The translations under genes and the position numbers were made by a program. From positions 1 through 32,884 of the IMG/VR virus record IMGVR_UViG_3300044712_000851: a stretch of 32,884 nucleotides of DNA; one strand, given 5' to 3'. The notes beneath the pieces were generated by a model, which saw only the letters and a list, made by a program, of their open reading frames with translations, made no database searches and was not told the DNA's origin. Below, piece by piece: positions 15,785 to 24,271 of the stretch. The DNA is from a virus. Lineage: Duplodnaviria > Heunggongvirae > Uroviricota > Caudoviricetes. Each line of letters opens with the position of its first letter. Position 1 is the first letter of the stretch.

Positions 15785-16306
15785 ATGTCAGAAAAATCCA
15801 CCACAGTAATTGGTGGAGCCACACACATCGGCAAGAGAAAGACTAGCTCCTCAAAGTTTAATTGGCTCGCCATCAAGAGAGAATATATTACGGACCCTAC
15901 TGCGTCCTATCCTGTGTTGGCTAAAAAATATGGAGTATCTATCGGATCTATAACAGCAAAAGGTGCTACTGAAAAGTGGGGACTTCTCAGAGAAGAGATT
16001 CAAAGGAAAGCAGAACTTGCTTTAACCGATGATGCTGAGAACGAAATACTTGAGGTTAAGAAGCGTCACGTTCGAATAGCTCGTTTGATGCAGAAAGTTG
16101 GATTGGAAGCACTTGAGAAGAGTAAGTATGTTCCACGTAGCTCTAAAGAAGCTCGTGAATTTATCATCGAGGGGGTAAAGATGGAAAAGGAATCAATGGG
16201 TCTTGATAAACAGCAAAAAGTTCCAGCGATAGTAAACATTGTCAATCAAGAAAAAGCCATAGTTGATAAATACGCAAATATTCAAGAGGCTGAGATTATC
16301 TCGTAA
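15785..16306 (+). CDS. Putative terminase small subunit
   Basis: N-terminal HTH-like NWLAIKREYI..YPVLAKKYGVS, helical middle; position upstream of TerL. Confidence 0.6.
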   Translation: MSEKSTTVIGGATHIGKRKTSSSKFNWLAIKREYITDPTASYPVLAKKYGVSIGSITAKGATEKWGLLREEIQRKAELALTDDAENEILEVKKRHVRIARLMQKVGLEALEKSKYVPRSSKEAREFIIEGVKMEKESMGLDKQQKVPAIVNIVNQEKAIVDKYANIQEAEIIS

Positions 16307-16608
16307 TGAGAAGCATATATGAAAGAAAAGCACAAAAAGAACTTGAAGCAGAAGGATATAAGGTCGATTGGAAGACCCGACCCTTTCGCGTCCCCAAAGG
16401 GTATCAAGTTGATTTTCTTGGTGTTTTTGATTTACTTGCAGTTAAGCGTGGAACTCCTATTCGCTGGATTAGTATCAAAGGTAAAGCAGGTATTCCTTCG
16501 TGGCACCGCAAAGAAGTAGAGGAGATGTGGCTTCCCCCAGAAACGAACATCAAAGAGATCTGGTACTGGAAAGGTAAATCAGGATGGACAAAACAACTAA
16601 TAAAATAA
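16306..16608 (+). CDS. PD-(D/E)XK nuclease, Hjc resolvase-like
   Basis: ERKAQKELEAEGYKV, GVFDLLAVK, WISIK. Confidence 0.65.
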   Translation: MRSIYERKAQKELEAEGYKVDWKTRPFRVPKGYQVDFLGVFDLLAVKRGTPIRWISIKGKAGIPSWHRKEVEEMWLPPETNIKEIWYWKGKSGWTKQLIK

Positions 16609-16763
16609 AAATATATAAATTAGAAAAAACACCTTTTCCTAATGTTTATGGAATAAGGGTAGAGTCTCATAAATATTTAGACAATCCGATTATCACTTAT
16701 GTCCCTACCCCAAAGATAGGTGATGCGTGGTATGCAGATATTTTTATAGAAGAAAGAAAATAG
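16584..16763 (+). CDS. 59-aa hypothetical protein
   Basis: MDKTTNKIKIYKLEKTPFPNVYGIRVESHKYLDNPIITYVPTPKIGDAWYADIFIEERK; its TAG abuts the TerL ATG. Confidence 0.6.
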   Translation: MDKTTNKIKIYKLEKTPFPNVYGIRVESHKYLDNPIITYVPTPKIGDAWYADIFIEERK

Positions 16764-17642
16764 ATGACATCAGCAGGTTACAAAGCATTTATAGAAAACG
16801 AGTTTGATATCCTTGATAGGGACAGTAATATAGTGCCTTTCAAACTCTTCGATGTCCAAGCAAAGTATCTCAAACTCATGGGAGAAGACTACCGCGACAT
16901 GGAGGGTGTTAGGGAAATTATACTTAAAGCCCGACAGGAGGGAATGTCTAGTTTTGTCCTTGCACTTTTCACTGTTGATTTTATCACCCATCCAAATTCA
17001 ATCAGTATTTGTATAGCTCACAAAAAGGACGCTACCCAGAAGCTTTTCAAAAAGGTTAAATTTTATATTGATAGCTATTGTAAAAAGCACGGCTTTGATA
17101 CCGACAGCTATCTTTTGTCAGATAACAAAAACGAAATTGAATCAAGAGCTAACGGTTCTTACTTCTATCTGGGTACAGCTGGATCTAAAGTTGGAGGTCG
17201 CGGAGGCACAGCACAAAATATTCTTTTTTCAGAGGCGGCATTCTATCAAGATACAGACCTTATTACCGCCCAAGAAATCATTGAAGGTTCAGCTCAACAG
17301 GTTTCACAAGGAGCTGGAAAAATTTTTATAGAATCTACGGCTAATGGTTTTGGAAATTACTATCAAGTTGAATGGGAACGTGCAGTTAAACAGCAGAGTG
17401 CTTATCACCCTAGATTTTTTAGCTGGGAAGAGTTTTATTCCGATGAGTGGGTAAAGGAAAAGATTAAGGCTTTCCAAAGTGAGGATAAATTTAAACAGGA
17501 ATATCCAAGAACACCAGAGGAAGCTTTTATTAGATCAGGTACTCCTTTCTTTGACATGCAAAAAGTTGATGAACAATTAAGAACCAATGCCATAGAGCCA
17601 TTAAGACAAGGAAGACTTGCTACAGATGGTGAGTGGATTTAA
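16764..17642 (+). CDS. terL: Terminase large subunit, ATPase domain
   Basis: Walker A-like ILKARQEGMS, Walker B FSEAAFY, coupling motif IESTANG. Confidence 0.85.
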   Translation: MTSAGYKAFIENEFDILDRDSNIVPFKLFDVQAKYLKLMGEDYRDMEGVREIILKARQEGMSSFVLALFTVDFITHPNSISICIAHKKDATQKLFKKVKFYIDSYCKKHGFDTDSYLLSDNKNEIESRANGSYFYLGTAGSKVGGRGGTAQNILFSEAAFYQDTDLITAQEIIEGSAQQVSQGAGKIFIESTANGFGNYYQVEWERAVKQQSAYHPRFFSWEEFYSDEWVKEKIKAFQSEDKFKQEYPRTPEEAFIRSGTPFFDMQKVDEQLRTNAIEPLRQGRLATDGEWI

Positions 17643-17644
17643 AA

Positions 17645-18325
17645 ATGACAGATCAAAAAACATTTAGACCAGACATTGCAGGACTACAAGCATATCGTCT
17701 TTATAGGGAACTTGAAAAAGACGAACAGACCTGCATCTTTGCCGACCCTTCAGAGGGGAGAGATTTCTGTGCTGCTGTGGTTGTAAGTAAAAAGTATGCA
17801 GATTATCCCTTTGTCTATAACCAGCATACCGAAAGTAGTCAGTTTGGTTATGATCTGCATAAAATTGCCAAATATATCCACCACATGACGGGTATGTGGC
17901 CTACAATAGCAATCGAACGAAATACTGGACAAGCAACAATCCACGTTTTACAAGAGCTTAACTATCCAAATCTGTTTAGAATGAGGATCTTTGACCATAC
18001 CAGCGTCCAAGAAAGCTCAAAGATAGGATGGTTGACCAACATGGCTACCAGAAAAAAGATGTTGGATGACTTAGCAATGGCTATCAGACAAGGAATATTA
18101 AAAATTTATGACAGAGAAATTCTTTATCAGATGGGTAGTTTTGTTATTAAACAGAAAAAAGGATCAACGGGAAGAGCTGAGGCAGAATCTGGAAAGAATG
18201 ACGATTTAGTTATCGCAACCGCAGGAGCTTGGCAGTTATATTCCCTCGTGCCATCTTTTGATTATGAAGATTACGAAACCCCAGAAGTGAGAAAAGAGGA
18301 ACGGGAAAAATGGAGATTTAGATAA
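17645..18325 (+). CDS. terL: Terminase large subunit, RNase H-like nuclease domain
   Basis: IFADPSEGRD, IAIERN, GWLTN, AESGKNDDLVIA. Confidence 0.85.
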   Translation: MTDQKTFRPDIAGLQAYRLYRELEKDEQTCIFADPSEGRDFCAAVVVSKKYADYPFVYNQHTESSQFGYDLHKIAKYIHHMTGMWPTIAIERNTGQATIHVLQELNYPNLFRMRIFDHTSVQESSKIGWLTNMATRKKMLDDLAMAIRQGILKIYDREILYQMGSFVIKQKKGSTGRAEAESGKNDDLVIATAGAWQLYSLVPSFDYEDYETPEVRKEEREKWRFR

Positions 18326-18326
18326 C

Positions 18327-18494
18327 ATGCATATAGGTGATTACGATGTCTATTTTGGTGGCGAATGGAAATTTGATTTGATGACCGATTGTTATAAGTG
18401 TTGTTCTGATTGTGGCAGTTTATTGGAGTGGAGGATGCATATAGGTCCAATAGGAATTCAAAAATATAGAAAATGGTTAAAAAGAAAGATATAA
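18327..18494 (+). CDS. 55-aa Cys-rich hypothetical protein
   Basis: MHIGDYDVYFGGEWKFDLMTDCYKCCSDCGSLLEWRMHIGPIGIQKYRKWLKRKI; fills the gap. Confidence 0.5.
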   Translation: MHIGDYDVYFGGEWKFDLMTDCYKCCSDCGSLLEWRMHIGPIGIQKYRKWLKRKI

Positions 18495-18796
18495 TACAAG
18501 AAGCAGCAACTTCTCTATACGACCGCGAAGAAAATAATAATAAAAAAATCTTCTCTGAGATGGTTCAAAGGGTTAGACCTGATATTTGGGTTTTAATGGA
18601 TTTATTAGACCAAACTGGGGTTGATCCTTTTATTCTTTTGAAGATCATTAGACAGGTCAATAACATTGCCATAGGCTCGAAATATGGTCAGGTTGTAGTA
18701 GCAATTGAGAAGGGAGTAGTCCGTTATGTCCGAGGAGAAGACGTTGACAAAATCGAATTACCTATATTAAAAGCTCGAGGTCAACTTGACAAATGA
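18473..18796 (+). CDS. Hypothetical protein with DUF2292/YezD-like C-terminus
   Basis: KYGQVVVAIEKGVVRYVRGE resembles that family (from recall). Confidence 0.55.
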   Translation: MVKKKDIIQEAATSLYDREENNNKKIFSEMVQRVRPDIWVLMDLLDQTGVDPFILLKIIRQVNNIAIGSKYGQVVVAIEKGVVRYVRGEDVDKIELPILKARGQLDK

Positions 18797-18815
18797 TAGA
18801 TAGGTAAAATATCAT
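18786..18815 (+). promoter_or_regulatory. Candidate late promoter
   Basis: TTGACA(18786-18791)-18 nt-TATCAT(18810-18815). Confidence 0.55.
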
Positions 18816-18850
18816 CTTATTACATAGGCACTTAGGCGTCACACGCAGAG

Positions 18851-18904
18851 AGCCGTCCAAAATTAGTTACCCTGATAGGGTTACTTGTTGTGGACGGTTT
18901 TTTT
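18851..18904 (+). terminator. Intrinsic terminator upstream of the portal gene
   Basis: AGCCGTCCA/TGGACGGTT stem with inner TTACCCT/AGGGTTA hairpin, followed by T7. Confidence 0.65.
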
Positions 18905-18916
18905 ATTGCAAAAAAT

Positions 18917-21025
18917 ATGGCTAAATTTAGCACCACAACTACAGATACAGCAAACAGTCCCGATCAATTATTTTCCGATCTTAAGAGACATTATGACTGG
19001 GCTTCTAGAGATACCGATAGGAGACGAACTGGGCGAGGAAGGATTGGATCTATTTCATTTGACGAAGCTGATGAGCTTTTCCGATCTTGGATAGACGAAA
19101 CCAAATGGCCCTACGACGCACTTCTTTTCGATCCACGAGTTTTCACTTTCATTTTTGAAAAGACTTCACGATTACTCAGTAGCAAACTTAAAGGACGATT
19201 AATTCCCCGAGAAGGTTCAGATGTTTTAGCAGCTCACATTAACAACGAGCTACTAGATTTTCAGTGGGATCAAGCCAACCATGGCGGAACAATGCTTTCA
19301 AAATGGGCATTGATGGATCTTAATACCCGAAAATATGGAGCATCTTTCGCAGTTTGTAAGTGGCGTTATGAAAAAGATAAAAAGGGTAGAGTTCTTTTTG
19401 ACGGTCCAGAAATGAGAGTTCTCAATAACCGCGACTGTCTACCTGATCCAACAGCAACCAGCATTGAGAATGCAAATTGGTTTCAGGTTAGGGAATATAT
19501 CACTATTCAGGAACTCCAAAGCGTCAATGATGCAGCAGGAACAGCTCCTATATACAAAAATCTTTCTGAATTGAAAGACAAAATGGAACAAGGTGGAGTA
19601 GCTGGTGGTGATAGTAGGGACACTAATTGGATTTCAAGAAACAGAACTATTTCAGGATTGTCATCTGATCCAGTTGGTCAAGATCAGGTTTTCAGAAATA
19701 TTGAAATTGTCACCGAATACCGAAGAGATAGATGGATTACCTTTTCACCTAAGCATGGTGTTATTTTGAGAGACATTCCAAATCCTTACGACAACAACGA
19801 GCTACCAATTGTTATGTTGAGATATTACCAGATTGACGATGACATTTATGGTATGAGTGAAATTGAGCCAGTTAAGGGTCTACAAAAAGCTATTAATGCT
19901 CTTTTGTCACAATATGTTGATGAAATAAATCAGAAACTTTATTCACCAATTGCTATCGGACCTGGAGTAAGAGAACACACACTACATTGGGGTAAGGGTG
20001 CTAGATGGAGAATGTCAAACCCAATGACAGACTTTAGACTTGTTGAGTCACGATCAAATGCGGCACAGTTCTTTAACTCAACCTATTCCGCTCTTGTTGC
20101 AGCATTAATGAACGCTGTTGGAAGTCAGTCTATTGGTGTTTCGAATATCAACAGATATAACCCAGAAAAGACCGCTCAGGAAGTTAAAGCCATGAGTCAA
20201 CAGCAAAATGCTCGAGACAACTTTAACCAAAATTTCTTAGCAGAAGCTCTTGAACGACAGATGAGCCTCTGGTATTCAATGAATCAAAAGATGTTGTTTA
20301 GCGATCCTAAAAAGATTTACAAAATTATAAGAATTGTAGGAAGAGATGCTATTGCTTATTTCCAAGAGAGAGGTCTTGATCAAATGACGATGGACCCAGA
20401 AGCGGCGATGAATGCTGTTACCGATCCTACTATTCCGAGAGGAGAACCATATCCAGCAGTTGGTGTTATGGTTCCAAAGAACCCAGTTAATGTTGGTAGT
20501 GCTGATAAGCCTAGTTATATGCCTAAGTTGCACATGGAATCAAATGGACAATCAGGATTCTTGTACTTAGAGCCATCAGACTTAATGGGAACATTCGACT
20601 TTATAGCCGATGTTCAGTCAATGTCTTTGGGATCTGAGGACGAGGGAGCACAAGGTAGAAAAGTTGCAGTTCAAACGATGTTGGCAAGTCCAGTTGCTGT
20701 TCAGCTATTGGCACAAGAAGGTGTTAAGCCAAAGTTTAAAGATTTATTTGTTGCTTGGTTGGAAGACTCAGGCTTTAAGAATGCAGATAAATTCTTTGAA
20801 ACTTCTCAAGCCCCAGCTGCCCCAGGACAGGGTGGTGTACAGACTGGCCCAGGACAGGAGCAAAAATTATCACAACCAGAAGCAACAGCAATTGATCAGG
20901 GGGGAAATCCATTGGAGGCTTTAATGCAAAAGATGCAGGGAGCTCAAGGTGGAGGTATGGCAACACCACCTCCCCAGATGCCAAACATGGGAGGACAACC
21001 TCCAATGCCAGGAATGATGGGTTAA
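18917..21025 (+). CDS. Portal protein
   Basis: About 700 aa after TerL and before scaffold/capsid; YGMSEIEPVKGLQKAINALLSQYVDEI typical of podoviral-type portals; Q/G/P/M-rich tail. Confidence 0.8.
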   Translation: MAKFSTTTTDTANSPDQLFSDLKRHYDWASRDTDRRRTGRGRIGSISFDEADELFRSWIDETKWPYDALLFDPRVFTFIFEKTSRLLSSKLKGRLIPREGSDVLAAHINNELLDFQWDQANHGGTMLSKWALMDLNTRKYGASFAVCKWRYEKDKKGRVLFDGPEMRVLNNRDCLPDPTATSIENANWFQVREYITIQELQSVNDAAGTAPIYKNLSELKDKMEQGGVAGGDSRDTNWISRNRTISGLSSDPVGQDQVFRNIEIVTEYRRDRWITFSPKHGVILRDIPNPYDNNELPIVMLRYYQIDDDIYGMSEIEPVKGLQKAINALLSQYVDEINQKLYSPIAIGPGVREHTLHWGKGARWRMSNPMTDFRLVESRSNAAQFFNSTYSALVAALMNAVGSQSIGVSNINRYNPEKTAQEVKAMSQQQNARDNFNQNFLAEALERQMSLWYSMNQKMLFSDPKKIYKIIRIVGRDAIAYFQERGLDQMTMDPEAAMNAVTDPTIPRGEPYPAVGVMVPKNPVNVGSADKPSYMPKLHMESNGQSGFLYLEPSDLMGTFDFIADVQSMSLGSEDEGAQGRKVAVQTMLASPVAVQLLAQEGVKPKFKDLFVAWLEDSGFKNADKFFETSQAPAAPGQGGVQTGPGQEQKLSQPEATAIDQGGNPLEALMQKMQGAQGGGMATPPPQMPNMGGQPPMPGMMG

Positions 21026-21029
21026 AAAT

Positions 21030-21368
21030 ATGGAACCAACTAATACAGAAGAAACAAAGTTAATTCCTCAAGAATTAACAGAAGACGAAGAAAAGGCTTT
21101 AAAGATTGGAATGGACGTTCAAGCTATTCTAACTATGCCAGGGTGGAAGACCATTCAAGATGGACTAGAAGACAGAATGATTCACTCATGGGTAGATCCT
21201 AGAGAAACAAAGTCTAAGGAAGATTGGGAGTGGAGAGAATTAAATGCTTTTCATTCACATGATGTAGCAAGACAAATAATTGAGGATATTAATGAAATAG
21301 TCAGATCTGCCAACGAATTACAAGACATTAAACTCGGAAAGAAAAAGAGAGCGTCTATAAAAATATAA
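21030..21368 (+). CDS. Hypothetical head-module protein
   Basis: 112-aa helical protein immediately after the portal. Confidence 0.75.
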   Translation: MEPTNTEETKLIPQELTEDEEKALKIGMDVQAILTMPGWKTIQDGLEDRMIHSWVDPRETKSKEDWEWRELNAFHSHDVARQIIEDINEIVRSANELQDIKLGKKKRASIKI

Positions 21369-21370
21369 AA

Positions 21371-21553
21371 ATGGTAGCTAAAACGGTTTTAAAAAAGCTT
21401 CCAAAAACAACCGAAAAGTTTTTAAGGAACTTGGCAAAGAAGATAGACAAAAAGAAAGTTGCTTTAATTAGAAAATTAATGAAACAGGGAGTCTCGTTTA
21501 GAAAGTCGATTACTCTTTCAAAGAGTAAACATCTACTAAGGGAGGTGAAATAA
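21371..21553 (+). CDS. Small basic protein
   Basis: 60 aa, very Lys-rich. Confidence 0.6.
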   Translation: MVAKTVLKKLPKTTEKFLRNLAKKIDKKKVALIRKLMKQGVSFRKSITLSKSKHLLREVK

Positions 21554-21558
21554 GAAAC

Positions 21559-21747
21559 ATGGCAAAAGGAATGAAACCAAAAGGAAAAAAAGGAATGGCA
21601 ATGGTAAAGAAACTTGGAAGAACTAAAAAGACAGGTGGATTTGCAAAGATTGCCAAAAAAGCCGCTGCAGAATACGGTTCAACCGCTGTAGGTAAGAAAG
21701 TCGCAGGATCAATTTTTTGGAAAATGGCTAAAAAGCGAGGGAAATAA
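21559..21747 (+). CDS. Small Lys/Gly/Ala-rich basic protein
   Basis: GGAGGTGA RBS upstream; 62 aa. Confidence 0.75.
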   Translation: MAKGMKPKGKKGMAMVKKLGRTKKTGGFAKIAKKAAAEYGSTAVGKKVAGSIFWKMAKKRGK

Positions 21748-21776
21748 GATCTGTGTCTAGCAGAGGTGATAACAAT

Positions 21777-22052
21777 ATGGAAAATAATAAGGTAGATTTA
21801 CCACCACTGCCAGGCTCAGATGAAGAAACTCTTCGTAGGAATTCTTACGATAGTTTCTATAAGAAGAGACCTAGCGATTTATGGGTAGGGAAAGTCAATC
21901 AGACTTACCTCGAAGAGCCTAAACCTTGTGATCATTTTTTCGTTAGAACCCAAAATGGGGTTGAATGTAAAAAATGTCATATGGGTCTTATAGGTAATGA
22001 ACTCAAAGTGACAGACGGACATATATATTTTGGAAAACAGAAGTTACTTTAA
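21777..22052 (+). CDS. Hypothetical protein with C-H..C-x2-C motif
   Basis: GAGGTGA RBS before ATG 21777; PCDHFF..VECKKC. Confidence 0.7.
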   Translation: MENNKVDLPPLPGSDEETLRRNSYDSFYKKRPSDLWVGKVNQTYLEEPKPCDHFFVRTQNGVECKKCHMGLIGNELKVTDGHIYFGKQKLL

Positions 22053-22058
22053 TTTCTG

Positions 22059-22112
22059 TCCTCCGTGGTGATGCTCACCACATTAAATAATCGAGCATGA
22101 TGGAGGAGGTGA
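22059..22112 (+). promoter_or_regulatory. Structured leader sequestering the scaffold RBS
   Basis: TCCTCC(22059-64) pairs with GGAGGA(22102-07); hairpin GTGGTGA/TCACCAC; ATGCTC/GAGCAT. Confidence 0.5.
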
Positions 22113-22119
22113 ATAATAA

Positions 22120-23151
22120 TTGGAAACTAATAATAACACTAGCACTGCACCAGCAGTAACGACGACTCCTGTAGCTCAGGCACCAGCCCCAGCTCCAGTT
22201 GTCCCAACGGTAGCACAACCTGCACCTGTTGTTCCACAACCAGTGGTTCCACAGCCAGTTGTACCTGCCCCTGAAATTCAACAGTTAGCTCAACAGCTTA
22301 CGCAAGTAGCTCCACAGCCAACCGCTCCGAGTTTCGAGTTACCACAGGGTGTAAGTGATAGAACAAAGGAAAATTTCGATAAGTTAACCGAAAGTAATCG
22401 AAAGCTTTTGGAAGCTAATCAGATCTTGGAATCAGAGTTGAGTAAAAGAACAGTTGCCGAAACGCAAATGGCACCTATTACACAACCTGCTCCAACTCAA
22501 CAGCCAGACGTAAGTCAGTTTGTTGATGTAGATCCATTAACTGGGGAAAGATTTGTCAATGAAGTAAAACTTCAACAGGCAATTGCCCAAGCTAATGACA
22601 GAGCTCTCAAAGCGGAACAACAGATTCGTACATACATCGATACTCAGCAACAAAAAGAGGTTAGGAGACAGGAGGAGGAGGCCTATCAGGCTTACCCACA
22701 ACTCAAGCCTAACGATCTTGCAAATTTCGATAGAGATTTAAGCAAGATGACTCAAATGTATGCTTTGGACTCAATGATGAATCCATCTGATTATGGCAAC
22801 AGAACTCTTTCATTCAAAGAGGCTGCAGATTTAGCTTATAAGAGATTGCATGGAGAGCAGATAGCTGCTCCAAGTGCCCAAGCACAACAGATGACAGTAC
22901 AACCTACTGTAAATACAACCAATGTTAATACTCAACCAACACAAGACAATTCAGCTCAGTCTGGTATTCCAGAACAAGGTGGCATGGCAGCCGAAGGTCG
23001 ACCAGTAAACGTCAACCCTCAGGATCTAACCAGTGACCTACGAGTTCTACAGGATAAAACCAGAAAAGGGGATATGTGGGCTCTCGCTAAGAGGCTTACA
23101 CAGGTCCCGCACACTGGAACACCTACACACGGAGGTGAGGGAGGTGAGTAA
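22120..23151 (+). CDS. Putative capsid scaffolding protein
   Basis: TTG start after GGAGGAGGTGA; P/V/Q-rich N-terminus, coiled-coil middle; directly before the MCP. Confidence 0.75.
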   Translation: METNNNTSTAPAVTTTPVAQAPAPAPVVPTVAQPAPVVPQPVVPQPVVPAPEIQQLAQQLTQVAPQPTAPSFELPQGVSDRTKENFDKLTESNRKLLEANQILESELSKRTVAETQMAPITQPAPTQQPDVSQFVDVDPLTGERFVNEVKLQQAIAQANDRALKAEQQIRTYIDTQQQKEVRRQEEEAYQAYPQLKPNDLANFDRDLSKMTQMYALDSMMNPSDYGNRTLSFKEAADLAYKRLHGEQIAAPSAQAQQMTVQPTVNTTNVNTQPTQDNSAQSGIPEQGGMAAEGRPVNVNPQDLTSDLRVLQDKTRKGDMWALAKRLTQVPHTGTPTHGGEGGE

Positions 23152-23153
23152 AA

Positions 23154-23231
23154 ACAGGAAGGGTTCGCGGCTTCCTGTCTAATCTAAAACGCAGGAAGGA
23201 GGTGAAAAAGGGAAAATTTATTCCGTAAAAT
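23154..23231 (+). promoter_or_regulatory. Structured translation-initiation region of the MCP
   Basis: ACAGGAAG/CTTCCTGT hairpin; second CAGGAAG overlapping AAGGAGGTGA; RBS is 26 nt from the ATG. Confidence 0.45.
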
Positions 23232-24140
23232 ATGGCTTGGGGTTTACAAACTTACGACGACACTGCACGAAGAGAAGACTTATTGGATATCATCGGTGAT
23301 GTTTCACCAGATGAAACTCCTCTATTGACTTTGTTCGGAAACTCAAACGTTTCTGGAACTCTTCATGAGTGGCTTAAGCACAATGTCTCACGACCAACTT
23401 CAGTTCAGGCTGACGTTGAAGGTGCAGACACAGTTTTCAATGACTTAACACAACCTACCAGAGCTAACAACTTTACTCAAATAATCAAGGAACCCGTAAG
23501 AGTTTCAAGAACTGAGAGAAAAGTTAACGTAGCTGCAATGGGCGATCCTTATGCTTATCAAAAAGCTGACAGGATGAGAGTATTGAAGATGAAGATGGAG
23601 TATGCACTTTTGAACGCTGTTAAGGCTTCAGGTGCGTCAGGAGCTGCTCGTCAGATGGACGGTATCGATGCATTTATCACGACTAACGTAACGGCTAGAA
23701 ATTCAGGAACATCATTCTCAGAAGCTGAGCTTAATGATATTGTTGCTGATGTTTGGGCAGTTGCTGATCCAGATAAGATCTTCGATATGGTTCTATGTAC
23801 CTTTAAGATAAAACAGGCAATAGCAGGTTTTGGTGGAAATTCAACTCGATTTATCGACGCTACAGAGCGAAGATTGGTCAAGGAAGTTCTTGTTTACGAT
23901 TCATCAGGTGGTTCACACAGGATATTCGCACACAAAGACGTCAGAAATTCAGCAGGATCAACTACTGTCTACGGTTTGAGAGAAGACTTATTTAGAACTG
24001 GTTATTTGGACAAACCAATGTTCGAAGAACTAGCTAAGCTTGGTGATTCCGACAGGGGTCACTGGGTAACTGAGTTCACTCTTGAATCTCTTGAGGAACG
24101 TGCAAGTGCTAAAAGAACAGGATACAACCAGAACGGTTAA
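23232..24140 (+). CDS. Major capsid protein (HK97 fold, SU10/DUF5309-like)
   Basis: REDLLDII..ISP.ETPLL, HEW, EGAD, NFTQI, ME.ALL, R.MDGI, GD..RG..VTEFTLE. Confidence 0.85.
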   Translation: MAWGLQTYDDTARREDLLDIIGDVSPDETPLLTLFGNSNVSGTLHEWLKHNVSRPTSVQADVEGADTVFNDLTQPTRANNFTQIIKEPVRVSRTERKVNVAAMGDPYAYQKADRMRVLKMKMEYALLNAVKASGASGAARQMDGIDAFITTNVTARNSGTSFSEAELNDIVADVWAVADPDKIFDMVLCTFKIKQAIAGFGGNSTRFIDATERRLVKEVLVYDSSGGSHRIFAHKDVRNSAGSTTVYGLREDLFRTGYLDKPMFEELAKLGDSDRGHWVTEFTLESLEERASAKRTGYNQNG

Positions 24141-24271
24141 TAACCGCTGGTCTAATAGTTCTATGGCTACAAGGGAGATTAAGACGCATGGCATTTTCAC
24201 CATGCTACTCTTGAAAATTGAAAACGCAAGCGGTGGCTTGCCAAAAGTTGCACCGCTTACACAAAAACATT

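Noticed and set aside
17631-17647. Programmed -1 frameshift joining the TerL halves at TTTAAAA
   Set aside because: The heptamer is phased in the downstream ORF's frame, not as X XXY YYZ in the ATPase frame, and an ATG follows directly.
18327-18446. 12-nt direct repeat ATGCATATAGGT (18327, 18435)
   Set aside because: Only two copies, in frame (MHIG twice); too short to call att sites or a target duplication.
22065-22105. Fluoride (crcB) riboswitch, from GGTGATG..TCACC
   Set aside because: The pseudoknot segment and AACCGC/GCTGATGAC consensus are missing, and the context is a scaffold gene.
22120-22330. Pro/Val/Gln repeats as a separate element
   Set aside because: Ordinary low-complexity N-terminus of a scaffold protein.
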